Shown: positions 27,348 to 37,271 of the stretch, in pieces
Layout of the letters: each line of letters starts with the position of its first letter
How positions within the stretch are numbered: position 1 is the first letter of the stretch
NCBI GenBank assembly: GCA_964549545.1
Contig: CAZJWY010000001.1
Span: 23,122-87,121, forward strand
Reading direction: 5' to 3'
Origin: an uncultured Planctomycetaceae bacterium
GTDB lineage: Bacteria > Planctomycetota > Planctomycetia > Pirellulales > Lacipirellulaceae
Length of the DNA stretch: 64,000 nt
Translations under genes and position numbers: made by a program
The notes under the pieces: generated by a model
The model's database searches: none
What the model was told of the DNA's origin: nothing
The model's input: the letters and a program-made list of their open reading frames with translations, nothing else

Positions 27348-28259
27348 ATGAAACTTCTCCGCTTCGGACCTGCCGGCAATGAGCAACCAGGTTTGCTGGA
27401 CTCGACTGGCCAAATTCGCAGTCTTGCGGGTGTTGTCGACGACATCGCTGGCGAGACGCTATCAGCGGCCTCGCTCGACCGGCTGCGCAAGATCGATCCT
27501 GAGTCGCTGCCCCTAGTAGGTTCGCCGAGCCGAGGCGAACTTGAAGCTGGGAGCGGGGAGCAGGGAGCAGGGAGAAAGACTTCCGCCTCCACGCTTCTTC
27601 GCATTGGGCCATGCGTCGGGCGGGTAGGAAAGGTGATGTGCATCGGCCTGAATTACGCGGAGCATGCGGCCGAGACGGGAGCCAAGCTTCCCGATGAGCC
27701 TGTCCTATTTATGAAGGCGACGAGTGCCATTTCCGGGCCGAACGACGATATTCAAATCCCTCGCGGTTCGACCCAGACGGACTGGGAAGTCGAGTTGGGG
27801 GTCGTCATTGGCGAGCGGGCTAAGTACGTGAGCGAGGCGGATGCCATCGAGTACGTGGCGGGCTACTGCATATCGCACGACGTGTCGGAGCGATCGTTCC
27901 AAAAGGAGCGAGGCGGCCAGTGGACCAAGGGCAAAAGCTGCGACACGTTCGGTCCACTTGGCCCTTGGCTAGTGACGAAGGACGAGGTGCCTAATCCGCA
28001 GAATCTTTCGTTATGGTTGGAAGTGGATGGAAAGCGTCGCCAGGACGGCTCGACTCGGACAATGATCTTCAGCGTCAAAAAGCTCGTGAGTTACCTCAGC
28101 CAATTCATGACGTTACACCCTGGCGATGTTATCTCGACCGGCACGCCATCGGGCGTCGGCGCGGGCTGCAAACCGCCGGAGTTCCTACGTCCTGGGCAGA
28201 CGGTTCGACTGTCGGTGGAAGGGTTGGGCGAGCAGCAGCAGCGGACGGTTCAGGGGTAA
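27348..28259 (+). CDS. Fumarylacetoacetate hydrolase (FAH) family protein
   Basis: MKLLRFGP...PGLLD...; CIGLNYAEHAAE; FMKATSAI; ...GDVISTGTPSGVG. Confidence 0.85.
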   Translation: MKLLRFGPAGNEQPGLLDSTGQIRSLAGVVDDIAGETLSAASLDRLRKIDPESLPLVGSPSRGELEAGSGEQGAGRKTSASTLLRIGPCVGRVGKVMCIGLNYAEHAAETGAKLPDEPVLFMKATSAISGPNDDIQIPRGSTQTDWEVELGVVIGERAKYVSEADAIEYVAGYCISHDVSERSFQKERGGQWTKGKSCDTFGPLGPWLVTKDEVPNPQNLSLWLEVDGKRRQDGSTRTMIFSVKKLVSYLSQFMTLHPGDVISTGTPSGVGAGCKPPEFLRPGQTVRLSVEGLGEQQQRTVQG

Positions 28260-28275
28260 AGTGAAGCCTTGTGGC

Positions 28276-29661
28276 TCAGCGGACTAACCGGTCATTCAGT
28301 GGTGTCACGCGGGCGGCGGTGACGTTCGCCCGTTGGAACTCGGCGATGTAGCCGCGAACTCCGACGACGCCAATGCGGTGGCCAAGATAAGGCTGAAGGT
28401 TCAAGTCGGGCGTCGAGGTGACAAAGGAGATCACTTGGCCACGGTCGTCAACGAGGGCGAACTGAGGGGCTCCGGGACGGCGTGAGACGACGGGGCGGAG
28501 GATGCCCTCGGCATCGTACGGGCCGCCGGGCGGTACTGCCGCTGCACTTGTAGGCGTGCCTGCTGCGGTGCTTGGCAGCCTCGTGGCTTGTGCTATGTTC
28601 GATGTGGCCGGATTGGCTCGACGGCCGATATCGGCGAAACGGCTGATCTTCTCTTGAGTGGCTCGGATTGCGTCCCGTTCGGGCTGCGTTCGAGCCCGAG
28701 ACATTAGCTGAGCTGTGTCTCGCTCGAGCTTCTCGGTATTCCAGAGATTGACCGGCGCGGCGACCATCCGTGAGAGCCGCAACTCGATGGCGGCTAATTC
28801 ATGTGACAGGTCGCCAGATGCTTGAGCAGCCGGTGGGTCGGCAGCCGAGGCCGCCGTGGGCGTAGTTTGCGGGGCGGTTTGTGAAGGGGGCGCGGAAGTT
28901 GCCGCCGATGCCGCAGGCGGCGCGGCTTGTGCAGGTGGAGTAGCGGGGTCGGCAGGCTTCGAAACAGGAAGCAATGGTGGAGGGACGGAGTCTCCGCTTG
29001 AGGAAGCGGGCGTGGCGGGCTCGACTTCGGTATTAGACGCGAGTTGAATCAGGTTGCCGTTTTCAGAGACGGGAGTTGTGGATGGCGATGTACCAGCATC
29101 TTTGATGGGCACTGCCCTTTCGACGACGGCGGCTTGGATCCAGCGGAACTCACCAGCGGGGGGCGATATCTTGTACCACTTTTCGCCGGCGATATTTTCT
29201 TCACCTAAGACTTCAACTGTTTCGCCCTGCTTGAGGCGAACTTGGGCAGCGTTGTGCCGATTGCTCAGTCGACTGCCAATTCGCGATGCTACTTCTTCGT
29301 TGGCAATTTCGGCCAAGTCGCCGTCTTTAAGAACTAAGTCGCGTGCGGGAACCCAACTGAAGCTGCCCATCGGAGGGCGAATCGCCAGCCAGCCGCCAGG
29401 TTTCTCTCGATAGACCTCGACGGTTTCCCCTTGAGAGAGCGTGTCGGTGGGATAGAAGTCATCGCCCGGTCCGCTGTGGACCGGCGCACCGGCTGCGATG
29501 ACTCGGGCCTGATAGGGCATGGAGTCGGCTACGGCTCGCTGGGCGTGCCAGGCTACCAATAACGCGCACAAAAATGCGATCCGAAGAAAATAGGCTGTGG
29601 CAGAGTGGCGATGGTGCATCGGGCTGAATCCGTACGAACCTCTTGGCGCAACTGGGCGCAC
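28276..29661 (-). CDS. Secreted SH3b-domain protein with Pro/Ala-rich linker
   Basis: Two SH3_3-like units (...GETVEVYREKPGGWLAIRPP... and ...GETVEVLGEENIAGEKWYKISPP...), then a low-complexity P/A/S region. Confidence 0.7.
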   Translation of the reverse strand: MRPVAPRGSYGFSPMHHRHSATAYFLRIAFLCALLVAWHAQRAVADSMPYQARVIAAGAPVHSGPGDDFYPTDTLSQGETVEVYREKPGGWLAIRPPMGSFSWVPARDLVLKDGDLAEIANEEVASRIGSRLSNRHNAAQVRLKQGETVEVLGEENIAGEKWYKISPPAGEFRWIQAAVVERAVPIKDAGTSPSTTPVSENGNLIQLASNTEVEPATPASSSGDSVPPPLLPVSKPADPATPPAQAAPPAASAATSAPPSQTAPQTTPTAASAADPPAAQASGDLSHELAAIELRLSRMVAAPVNLWNTEKLERDTAQLMSRARTQPERDAIRATQEKISRFADIGRRANPATSNIAQATRLPSTAAGTPTSAAAVPPGGPYDAEGILRPVVSRRPGAPQFALVDDRGQVISFVTSTPDLNLQPYLGHRIGVVGVRGYIAEFQRANVTAARVTPLNDRLVR

Positions 29662-29850
29662 AGTTATCGAAAATTTGCCAGCTTCTAGAAGATTCCCAAA
29701 GGTCGCTCAAGGCCATTCGACAGATGCAGTGCTTGCTGGTTTGGCTTGCTAGTGGCGGTTAGGATGAATAATCGTGCTAGCGAATTGCTTGGAAGGTATC
29801 AGTTTTAGCCCCCGGCAGTGACCGGGGGCTAAATGTAAGGTTGCACTCAG

Positions 29851-31752
29851 ATGCAATTAACTCGTCTCGGACCCTATGAAATAAACAAGCCACTCGGCCG
29901 AGGCGGCATGGGGTCGGTCTACGCGGCGACCGACACGCAAACCGGTCAGCGGGTGGCTATTAAGGCGCTGGCTCCGCAGCTAGCGATGGCGGAAGGCTTC
30001 CGCGAGCGGTTCGAGTCGGAGATCGAATCGCTCAAAACGTTGAAACATGACGGCATCGTGCGATTGTATGGATACGGCGAGCAGGACGGCGTGCTGTTTT
30101 ACTCGATGGAGCTTGTCGAAGGGATCAGCCTGGAAGATGAGCTGAAGGCGGGGCGGCGGTTCAATTGGCGCGAGGTGACGAGCATTGCGATTCAATTGTC
30201 GCTCGCGCTCAAGCATGCTCATGATCATGGAATCATTCACCGCGATATCAAGCCGGCGAATATCCTGCTGCACGATGATGAGCATGTGAAGCTGGCCGAT
30301 TTCGGAATTGCCCGGCTGTTTGGCACGACGTCGCTGACGACGGCCGGGGGCGTGCTAGGGACGGCAGACTATATGTCTCCCGAGCAGGCAGACGGCCGAC
30401 CTGTGACGGCGCGTTGCGATCAGTACAGCTTGGGTGGCGTGATGTACGCACTGTTGGCGGGGCGACCGCCGTTTCGAGCGAAGAACTTGCCGCAGATGCT
30501 GCAGCTTCAGCGGTTTGCCGAGCCGGAGTCGGTGCGACGCTACGCGCCAGAAACGCCCGAGCAACTTGAACAGGTTGTGATGCAACTGTTGTCCAAGGAT
30601 CCGGCCGCGCGCTTCCCGAATACCCAAGTGCTGGCGCGCCATCTTCAGGCGATGACGAATGCGCTGTCACGGCCCGCGGCCGACGATTTTGCGCTCGCTG
30701 GAGATCATCCGGAGAATGATCTGCTTGCAGATGCTGCACATCACTCGATTACGAACGACGTTACGCAAGCCGAAGTCGATCCCAAGCTGCAAGTGGGCTG
30801 GAAAACTCATGACAATACAGGCAAGAACGTAACCGCGATGGCATCTCAGAGTGCGCCAACCATGGGGGCCGAGGAGGTCGCTGCCGGGCAAGTTTCGCAG
30901 GCTTCTGGTTCAACTGTCGCGGCGAACCTAGCAGCCAGGCAAGCGGCTTTGAGCCGTCCCACACGTTTTACTACCGTCGAGGAAGAAGAGGAACGACGGC
31001 GGCAGCAACAACAGCGGTCGTGGTTGGTATTGGTTGGACAATCGGCAGCTACGATTGCCGTATTGGCAACGATCGGGGCTGTTTACTGGCAACTATCGCG
31101 GCCGCCGTCGGCGGATAAGTTGTTCGCGTCGGTAATGTCGAAGATCGAAGCGGACGAAGGGGGATCGCTGCTTCGCTTCGAGAGCGACATCAACGATTTC
31201 CTCGCACGCTTTCCCGCTGATCCGCGACGAAACCAATTCGATCGCTATAAAGAACGAATCGAGTTGGACAAGCTAGAACGCAAACTGCAACGAAAAACGC
31301 GTGGCAGCGCTGGGACCGATCCGACGCTGTTGCCGTCGGAGCAACTCTACTTGCGGGCGGCGGGTATGGCGGACTCGATGCCCGAGAAGTCGCTCGCGAT
31401 GTTTGAGTCATTGGTGAATTTGTATGGATCAGGTGTTGGTTCACACCGGCAGGATACACAAGGAACACTACAAAAGAAGGATGCACAGCCAGAAGATGCT
31501 GCCCGCACGGCCGACGTAGTGCAACTGGCACGGCGTCGAATCGAAGCACTGCGAGCTGATCTCGGCCGGCAGCATGAGCGAAGTTTGGCTGATTTGGAAG
31601 AGCGGCTGGCGACGGCCGAGAAGCTGGCTGGTTCAGACGTCAAAGAGGCGGCAAACATTTATCAGGCGATTATCGATTTGTACGGCGAGGATGGTTGGGC
31701 CGCGGAAGTCGTCGACAAGGCACGCAGCCGCATTGCAGAATTGAAAAAATGA
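29851..31752 (+). CDS. Ser/Thr protein kinase with TM segment and helical C-terminal domain
   Basis: [34 protein letters not shown]; [24 protein letters not shown]. Confidence 0.9.
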   Translation: MQLTRLGPYEINKPLGRGGMGSVYAATDTQTGQRVAIKALAPQLAMAEGFRERFESEIESLKTLKHDGIVRLYGYGEQDGVLFYSMELVEGISLEDELKAGRRFNWREVTSIAIQLSLALKHAHDHGIIHRDIKPANILLHDDEHVKLADFGIARLFGTTSLTTAGGVLGTADYMSPEQADGRPVTARCDQYSLGGVMYALLAGRPPFRAKNLPQMLQLQRFAEPESVRRYAPETPEQLEQVVMQLLSKDPAARFPNTQVLARHLQAMTNALSRPAADDFALAGDHPENDLLADAAHHSITNDVTQAEVDPKLQVGWKTHDNTGKNVTAMASQSAPTMGAEEVAAGQVSQASGSTVAANLAARQAALSRPTRFTTVEEEEERRRQQQQRSWLVLVGQSAATIAVLATIGAVYWQLSRPPSADKLFASVMSKIEADEGGSLLRFESDINDFLARFPADPRRNQFDRYKERIELDKLERKLQRKTRGSAGTDPTLLPSEQLYLRAAGMADSMPEKSLAMFESLVNLYGSGVGSHRQDTQGTLQKKDAQPEDAARTADVVQLARRRIEALRADLGRQHERSLADLEERLATAEKLAGSDVKEAANIYQAIIDLYGEDGWAAEVVDKARSRIAELKK

Positions 31753-33032
31753 AACGCACACGTAGTCACGAATTGTTTGAGCGAGCACGCCAGCTCATGC
31801 CCGGTGGCGTAAACAGCCCGGCGCGGGCGTTTGGCGGAGTGGGGGGCGAGCCGATCGTCGTCGCACGTGGCGAAGGACCGTATCTGTGGGACGTGGATGG
31901 CAATCGATATATCGATTACATCGGTTCGTGGGGGCCGCTTATTCTTGGGCATGCTTTCCCGGCGGTTGTTGCGGCAGTTCGAGAAGCCGCCGGCCGTGGG
32001 ACAAGTTTCGGCGCGCCGACGGAAGCCGAGAATGAATTAGCGGAACTGATCATTGAGGCCGTGCCGAGTATCGAAAAAGTGCGGCTTGTCAGCTCTGGCA
32101 CCGAAGCCACGATGAGCGCGATTCGTTTGGCACGCGGTTTCACCGGGCGCGACGTAATCGTGAAGTTCGCGGGCAACTACCATGGCCATGTGGATAGCTT
32201 GCTCGTCGCGGCGGGTAGTTCGGCGGCAACGCTCGCGGTGCCGAACTCGCCTGGGGTTACCGAGGGGACGTCGAAAGATACGCTGGTGTTGCAATACAAC
32301 GATGTTGCGGGTTTGTGTGCGGCGTTTGTGGAGCATGGCAATCGAATTGCCGGGGTAATCTTCGAGCCGGTGGTCGGAAACATGGGCGTGGTCGTGCCGA
32401 GTCGCGACTTCCTCGTAGCGTTGCGTGAGCAGACACGGCAGCATGGCGCGTTACTGATATGTGATGAAGTGATGACCGGCTTCCGCGTGGCCTATGGCGG
32501 CGCGCAGGAGTTGTTAGGGATCGAACCTGATTTGACGACGCTTGGCAAGATCGTGGGCGGTGGCCTGCCAGTGGGGGCCTATGGTGGTAAGGCAGAGATC
32601 ATGGATCACATTCTGCCGGCCGGCAAAGTGTTTCAGGCTGGTACACTGAGCGGAAATCCGCTGGCGACCGCGGCCGGTTGTGCGATGCTTCGTTCTTTGA
32701 GAGATGATCCGCCCTATGAGCGGTTAGATCAACTGACAGCCAGGTTGGAAGCCGGCTTGTGCGAAGCAGCAACGGCGGCGGGAGTAGCGCATCAAACGAC
32801 TCGTGTGGGGAGCATGTTGACGCTTTTCTTTACGCAAGAGCCGGTTCGCGATTGGCCGACCGCTAGTCGCTGTGATACCGAGAAGTTCGGCCGGTACTTT
32901 TGGGAAATGTTGAATCGAGGCGTTTACCTGCCATGCAGCCAGTTCGAAGCGCTGTTTGTCTCGGCGGCTCATAGGCAGGAAGACATCGATGCGACGATTG
33001 CCGCGGCACGAGAGGCGCTATCCGCAGTTTGA
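31749..33032 (+). CDS. hemL: Glutamate-1-semialdehyde 2,1-aminomutase
   Basis: [23 protein letters not shown]..., class-III aminotransferase; ATG overlaps the kinase TGA (ATGA). Confidence 0.95.
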   Translation: MKRTRSHELFERARQLMPGGVNSPARAFGGVGGEPIVVARGEGPYLWDVDGNRYIDYIGSWGPLILGHAFPAVVAAVREAAGRGTSFGAPTEAENELAELIIEAVPSIEKVRLVSSGTEATMSAIRLARGFTGRDVIVKFAGNYHGHVDSLLVAAGSSAATLAVPNSPGVTEGTSKDTLVLQYNDVAGLCAAFVEHGNRIAGVIFEPVVGNMGVVVPSRDFLVALREQTRQHGALLICDEVMTGFRVAYGGAQELLGIEPDLTTLGKIVGGGLPVGAYGGKAEIMDHILPAGKVFQAGTLSGNPLATAAGCAMLRSLRDDPPYERLDQLTARLEAGLCEAATAAGVAHQTTRVGSMLTLFFTQEPVRDWPTASRCDTEKFGRYFWEMLNRGVYLPCSQFEALFVSAAHRQEDIDATIAAAREALSAV

Positions 33033-33034
33033 TA

Positions 33035-33769
33035 CTATGCCGTATGCTTCTCTTCAGCGGCACTGAGCCGATAGTAATTGGGTGATAGCTTCCAAACGTC
33101 GTCGCGTTGTCCAGCTTGATAGTTTTGCCATGCTAGTTGGCCGACCTGTGTGGCGGTCGGCTGCCATTGTTCTTCCGGCAACACTTCGAGACCGCTTGGC
33201 AGCCGGGAGGTTAGCTGCTTGAGTGCGGGGCCGGTAACGCGGTCGCCTGGCTGCAGGTTGGAAAGCCAGGCCTCTTGGGGAATGATCGAGGTTTCCTGAA
33301 TCGTGCGGATGTCGAGAAGTTCGCTGACCGTAAACTTTGCCGCGAACAATTCCTGCCGTTGTGCATTGAGAATAGTCCACAGCGGGGCTGCTGATGGCTT
33401 CGCGCCGAGTGCGAGCACTTCCAGCGTATTCACACCGATCACTTCGGCGCCGATGGCGTAAGCAAACGCTTTGGCGGTCGTGACGCCGATCCGCAGGCCG
33501 GTAAACGATCCAGGCCCAACCGTAACGGCAACCAGCTCGACCGACTTGGGTGGCCAGTTGGCCAAAGCGAGGGCTTCCTGAATCGATGGAGCAAGCACTT
33601 GGGCTGTTCGCTCGTCGCTGCGCATGAGAATTTGCTTGACTACGCGCGTGTGCTCAGGCTCACCCCAGAGCGTGGCGACCGAGCCACGACGGCCCGAGGA
33701 TTCGATTGCGAGGATGCGTTTGCTAGTGGTCATGTTTACCAAAGTCGTCGAAGCATTTGCGTACGGCAA
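33035..33769 (-). CDS. tsaB: tRNA t6A biosynthesis protein TsaB
   Basis: ILAIESSGRRGSVA..., GPGSFTGLRIGVTTAKAFA. Confidence 0.85.
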   Translation of the reverse strand: MPYANASTTLVNMTTSKRILAIESSGRRGSVATLWGEPEHTRVVKQILMRSDERTAQVLAPSIQEALALANWPPKSVELVAVTVGPGSFTGLRIGVTTAKAFAYAIGAEVIGVNTLEVLALGAKPSAAPLWTILNAQRQELFAAKFTVSELLDIRTIQETSIIPQEAWLSNLQPGDRVTGPALKQLTSRLPSGLEVLPEEQWQPTATQVGQLAWQNYQAGQRDDVWKLSPNYYRLSAAEEKHTA

Positions 33770-33967
33770 GTGGATAAGGAGCGAGCAGATGCTGGCAAAG
33801 TGTGCTGCCTCTTCCGATTTTACTGGCCGGCTGGCCCTACCTGGGCCGCTTGACCCTCTGAAAACAGCCTTTTAGACTGGTGGATTACCAATTGCGTGGT
33901 GGAAATTGGAGTAATCCAGTTTTGCCCTGTCTATCCGATTACTCGATATGCCGAAGCGAGCCGTGAA

Positions 33968-34720
33968 TTGAAACGGGCCATCATCAGCGACATTCACGGC
34001 AATATGGAAGCGCTGCAAGCGGTGCTTGCCGACGCGCGCAGCCAAGGCGTGGAAGAGATTTTCTGTCTGGGCGACATCATCGGCTATGGGCCGAACCCTT
34101 GCGAATGTCTCGACATGGTCATCGAGAAGACCCGTGTTTGCCTGTTAGGAAACCACGATCAGGGTGCCTTGTTTGATCCAGAAGGTTTTAACACTGGGGC
34201 CGAACGCGCCATTTTTTGGACTCGCGATCAACTGGAAAAATCAAAGGGCGATCGGGTGTCGATCGATCGCCGCTGGGATTTTCTGGGGGCCCTGCCCCGC
34301 ACGCATCGCGACGGCAAATGGTTGTTTGTGCATGGCTCACCACGTAACCCGGTCAATGAATATGTCTTTCCAGAAGACATTTACAACCAGAAGAAGATAG
34401 AGAAGTTGTTCAGCCTGGTGGAGTTCGGGTGTTTTCAGGGACACACACATGTGCCGGGCGTATTCACTGAGAGTCGCAACTTCATGACACCGGACGAGAC
34501 CGGTTATACGTACAAGTACGAGCAACAGAAGTTCATGTGCAATGTGGGGTCGGTCGGGCAACCGCGAGATGGCGATCCACGCTCCTGTTATGTCATCCAG
34601 GAACCGACTCAATTAACGTTTCGCCGTGTGGAGTACGATCCGACCGTCACTGCGGAAAAGATCTACAACATTCCGGAACTCGACGATTTCTTGGGCGACC
34701 GGATTAAACAAGGAAGGTAG
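33968..34720 (+). CDS. Metallophosphoesterase (calcineurin-like)
   Basis: [25 protein letters not shown] motifs. Likely TTG start at 33968; the ORF is open from 33896. Confidence 0.8.
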   Translation: MKRAIISDIHGNMEALQAVLADARSQGVEEIFCLGDIIGYGPNPCECLDMVIEKTRVCLLGNHDQGALFDPEGFNTGAERAIFWTRDQLEKSKGDRVSIDRRWDFLGALPRTHRDGKWLFVHGSPRNPVNEYVFPEDIYNQKKIEKLFSLVEFGCFQGHTHVPGVFTESRNFMTPDETGYTYKYEQQKFMCNVGSVGQPRDGDPRSCYVIQEPTQLTFRRVEYDPTVTAEKIYNIPELDDFLGDRIKQGR

Positions 34721-34891
34721 CGGCGCTGGTGCTCTCAGTTGCCGCCATCTTTTTCGGTTCGCCAGGTTGGTGGTCGGGCTAACAAAGTTGGCCCGACAAG
34801 GTTGATCGCGAGCTAGGTAACAAAACGCGATTGCCAACGAATAACGAACTGGCGAAACGGACCAAATTACCGCCAAAAAAGGTTTGCTGCG

Positions 34892-37231
34892 TTGGACCAA
34901 CGACGATTTATAAGTTTTGTGCTGATTTCGCTGGCGGTGTTCTTGCTGGCCGGCCGGCTTTTTCCACCACCGGCGGAAAAAGCAAAGCCGAAAGATGCTG
35001 CCGCGGCAGGCAAGGATGCGAAGGAGGCCCAGGACAACAAGGCTGCACCGGATGCAGCGGCTTCCGATGCCAAGAAGGCTGAGCTGGCCGAGGCGCCTGT
35101 GGCAGCGCCGGTAGCGTTGCCGGCAGTGGCCGCTGCTCCTGTACCGCCCCAATTCGTCACACTAGGCTCGGCCGATCCCGGCAGTGGCTACCGGATGTTG
35201 GTTACGCTGACCAATGCCGGCGCGGCCGTTGTTCGCGCGGAAATGTCGAGCCCTAGGTTTCGCGATCAGGATGATTGGAACGGCTATCCGGGTGGCCTGG
35301 AATTGAAGGATGTGCCGGAGGGGGCGCAGATCCAGGTCATTGGTCCTGGCACACCCGCGGCAAACGCGAAGATGCAAGTCGGCGACGTGATAGTGGGCGT
35401 CGGAAATCCGCAAACCAAAGCGATCAAGAAAGCCGCCGACCTGACGGCCGCGCTCGTCGGCACGAGGCCTGGGCAGGAGATTACCTTGCAGGTTCGCCGT
35501 GGTGATGGCGGCCCGCAACCGGTAACCCTGCGGCTGATGAGGCGTCCGTTCGCGGTCGTGCGTCCGGAGGTGGATAATTATCGAATACGCGATATCGTGC
35601 CGCCTAAGGACTTCGTCGAGCGTCCTTCGTTCTTGCTGACGCTGGCCGAGATCAATGGGAAGCAGTTAAGCGACGACGATGCCGAGCGCCTGGCAGCCGT
35701 GCTCGAGACTGGTAACTGGGAGTTAGTGGCCCACGATGAGAAGTCGGCTACGTTTCGTCGTACGTTGGGTGAATTGAAGTTGGAGGTCGTCAAGAAATAT
35801 ACCCTTCCACAAGTGCCGGCCGATCAACTGGCCGAGGCAGACTACCCCGCGTATCACTTGCAGCTTGATATCGAGCTGCGCAATACCGATGAGAAAGGGC
35901 AGCAGGTTGCTTACCGACTGGATGGCGCGACCGGCATGTCGCTGGAGGGTTGGTGGTACTCGCGCAAGATTAGCAGGCATTGGGGCGGTGGCAGCTTGCG
36001 GGATGTGGTGGTGCGATTCGATGGCAGCCCGACCAATGAGATCGAGAATTCGGACATCATCAAAGGCAAGGCGGAGCCGATGGAAGGGGCCGCACTAGCC
36101 TATGCCGGCGTTGATAGCCAATACTTTTCGGCGGTCCTTGTGCCGCAACTGACGGCGATCAACGACAACTGGTTTCTGAAGACCGAAGCGGTGGTCGTCG
36201 ATGCCGCGGTCGATATTAAGAACGCGCTCTTTGCGAACCCCACCTGTCGGCTTACTCGCAAGTCGATCGACCTGCCACCCGGCCAATCGCATGGCGATTC
36301 TTACCAGGTGTTTATCGGGCCGAAGCGGCCCGGGCTGCTGAGCCAGTATTATCCGCGAAGCGAGAAGTGGCCCGGCGATCCGAATTATTCTCTCAAGGAC
36401 CTGATTTACTTCGGCTGGTTCGGCTCCGTTGCGCGGATCATGCTTGCGATCCTGCACTTCTTGTATGGCATCGTGCGGAACTACGGCATCGCGATTGTTC
36501 TTCTGACGGTGCTCGTGCGCGGGGCCATGTTCCCGATCAGCTACAAGCAAACCAAGAACATGGCGCGGATCCAGGCACTGAAGCCGGAAATGGATCGCAT
36601 CAATGAAAAATACAAGTCCGACATGCAGAAGAAGTCGGCCGCTACTCAGGAGTTGTATCGCAAGCACAACATCAATCCGCTGGGCGGCTGCCTGCCTCTG
36701 TTCTTGCAGATGCCGATTTTCATCGGGTTGTATCGCTCGTTGATGGTCGACGTTGAACTGCGGCAGTCGCCGCTGTTTGGATCAGCAATCCGCTGGTGCT
36801 CAAACCTCGCGGCGCCAGACATGCTTTACAACTGGTCGTCGTTCATGCCGGCGTTTTTAACGCTTGGGCCGCTCGGGCCTTACCTAAACGTCTTTCCAAT
36901 CATCACGGTTGGGATCATGCTTGTGACGCAGAAAATGTCGATGCCGCCGCCGACTAACGAGCAGGCCGCGATGCAGCAGAAGATGATGAAGTACATGATG
37001 ATCTTCTTCGGCTTCATGTTTTACAAAGTCGCGGCCGGGCTCTGCCTATACTTGATTGTCTCAAGCCTATGGGGCATCGCGGAGCGCAAGCTTATGCCGA
37101 AGAACGAGTTGCCAGGCGGCGAGGCGAATGGATCTTCGCCGAGCTTTCCCTCGAACTCACCGCGCGGCGACGGCTCCAATGGAAGTAGCAGTGCGAAGCG
37201 GACGCCAAAAGCCAAGCGTAAGAAAAAGTAG
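34892..37231 (+). CDS. yidC: Membrane protein insertase YidC with PDZ-like insert in the periplasmic domain
   Basis: C-terminal 60-kDa insertase core (LLTVLVRGAMFPISYKQTKNM...PLGGCLPLFLQMPIFIGLY); basic C-tail. Confidence 0.9.
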   Translation: MDQRRFISFVLISLAVFLLAGRLFPPPAEKAKPKDAAAAGKDAKEAQDNKAAPDAAASDAKKAELAEAPVAAPVALPAVAAAPVPPQFVTLGSADPGSGYRMLVTLTNAGAAVVRAEMSSPRFRDQDDWNGYPGGLELKDVPEGAQIQVIGPGTPAANAKMQVGDVIVGVGNPQTKAIKKAADLTAALVGTRPGQEITLQVRRGDGGPQPVTLRLMRRPFAVVRPEVDNYRIRDIVPPKDFVERPSFLLTLAEINGKQLSDDDAERLAAVLETGNWELVAHDEKSATFRRTLGELKLEVVKKYTLPQVPADQLAEADYPAYHLQLDIELRNTDEKGQQVAYRLDGATGMSLEGWWYSRKISRHWGGGSLRDVVVRFDGSPTNEIENSDIIKGKAEPMEGAALAYAGVDSQYFSAVLVPQLTAINDNWFLKTEAVVVDAAVDIKNALFANPTCRLTRKSIDLPPGQSHGDSYQVFIGPKRPGLLSQYYPRSEKWPGDPNYSLKDLIYFGWFGSVARIMLAILHFLYGIVRNYGIAIVLLTVLVRGAMFPISYKQTKNMARIQALKPEMDRINEKYKSDMQKKSAATQELYRKHNINPLGGCLPLFLQMPIFIGLYRSLMVDVELRQSPLFGSAIRWCSNLAAPDMLYNWSSFMPAFLTLGPLGPYLNVFPIITVGIMLVTQKMSMPPPTNEQAAMQQKMMKYMMIFFGFMFYKVAAGLCLYLIVSSLWGIAERKLMPKNELPGGEANGSSPSFPSNSPRGDGSNGSSSAKRTPKAKRKKK

Positions 37232-37271
37232 TTGAGGGCTATCGTCCCACGATTAGACGATTCCGCGTGTC

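Noticed and set aside
34613-35152. 179-aa minus-strand ORF, and the overlapping 34867-35160 ORF
   Set aside because: Both are antisense to the 5' part of yidC and the low-complexity Ala/Pro-rich region; shadow ORFs.
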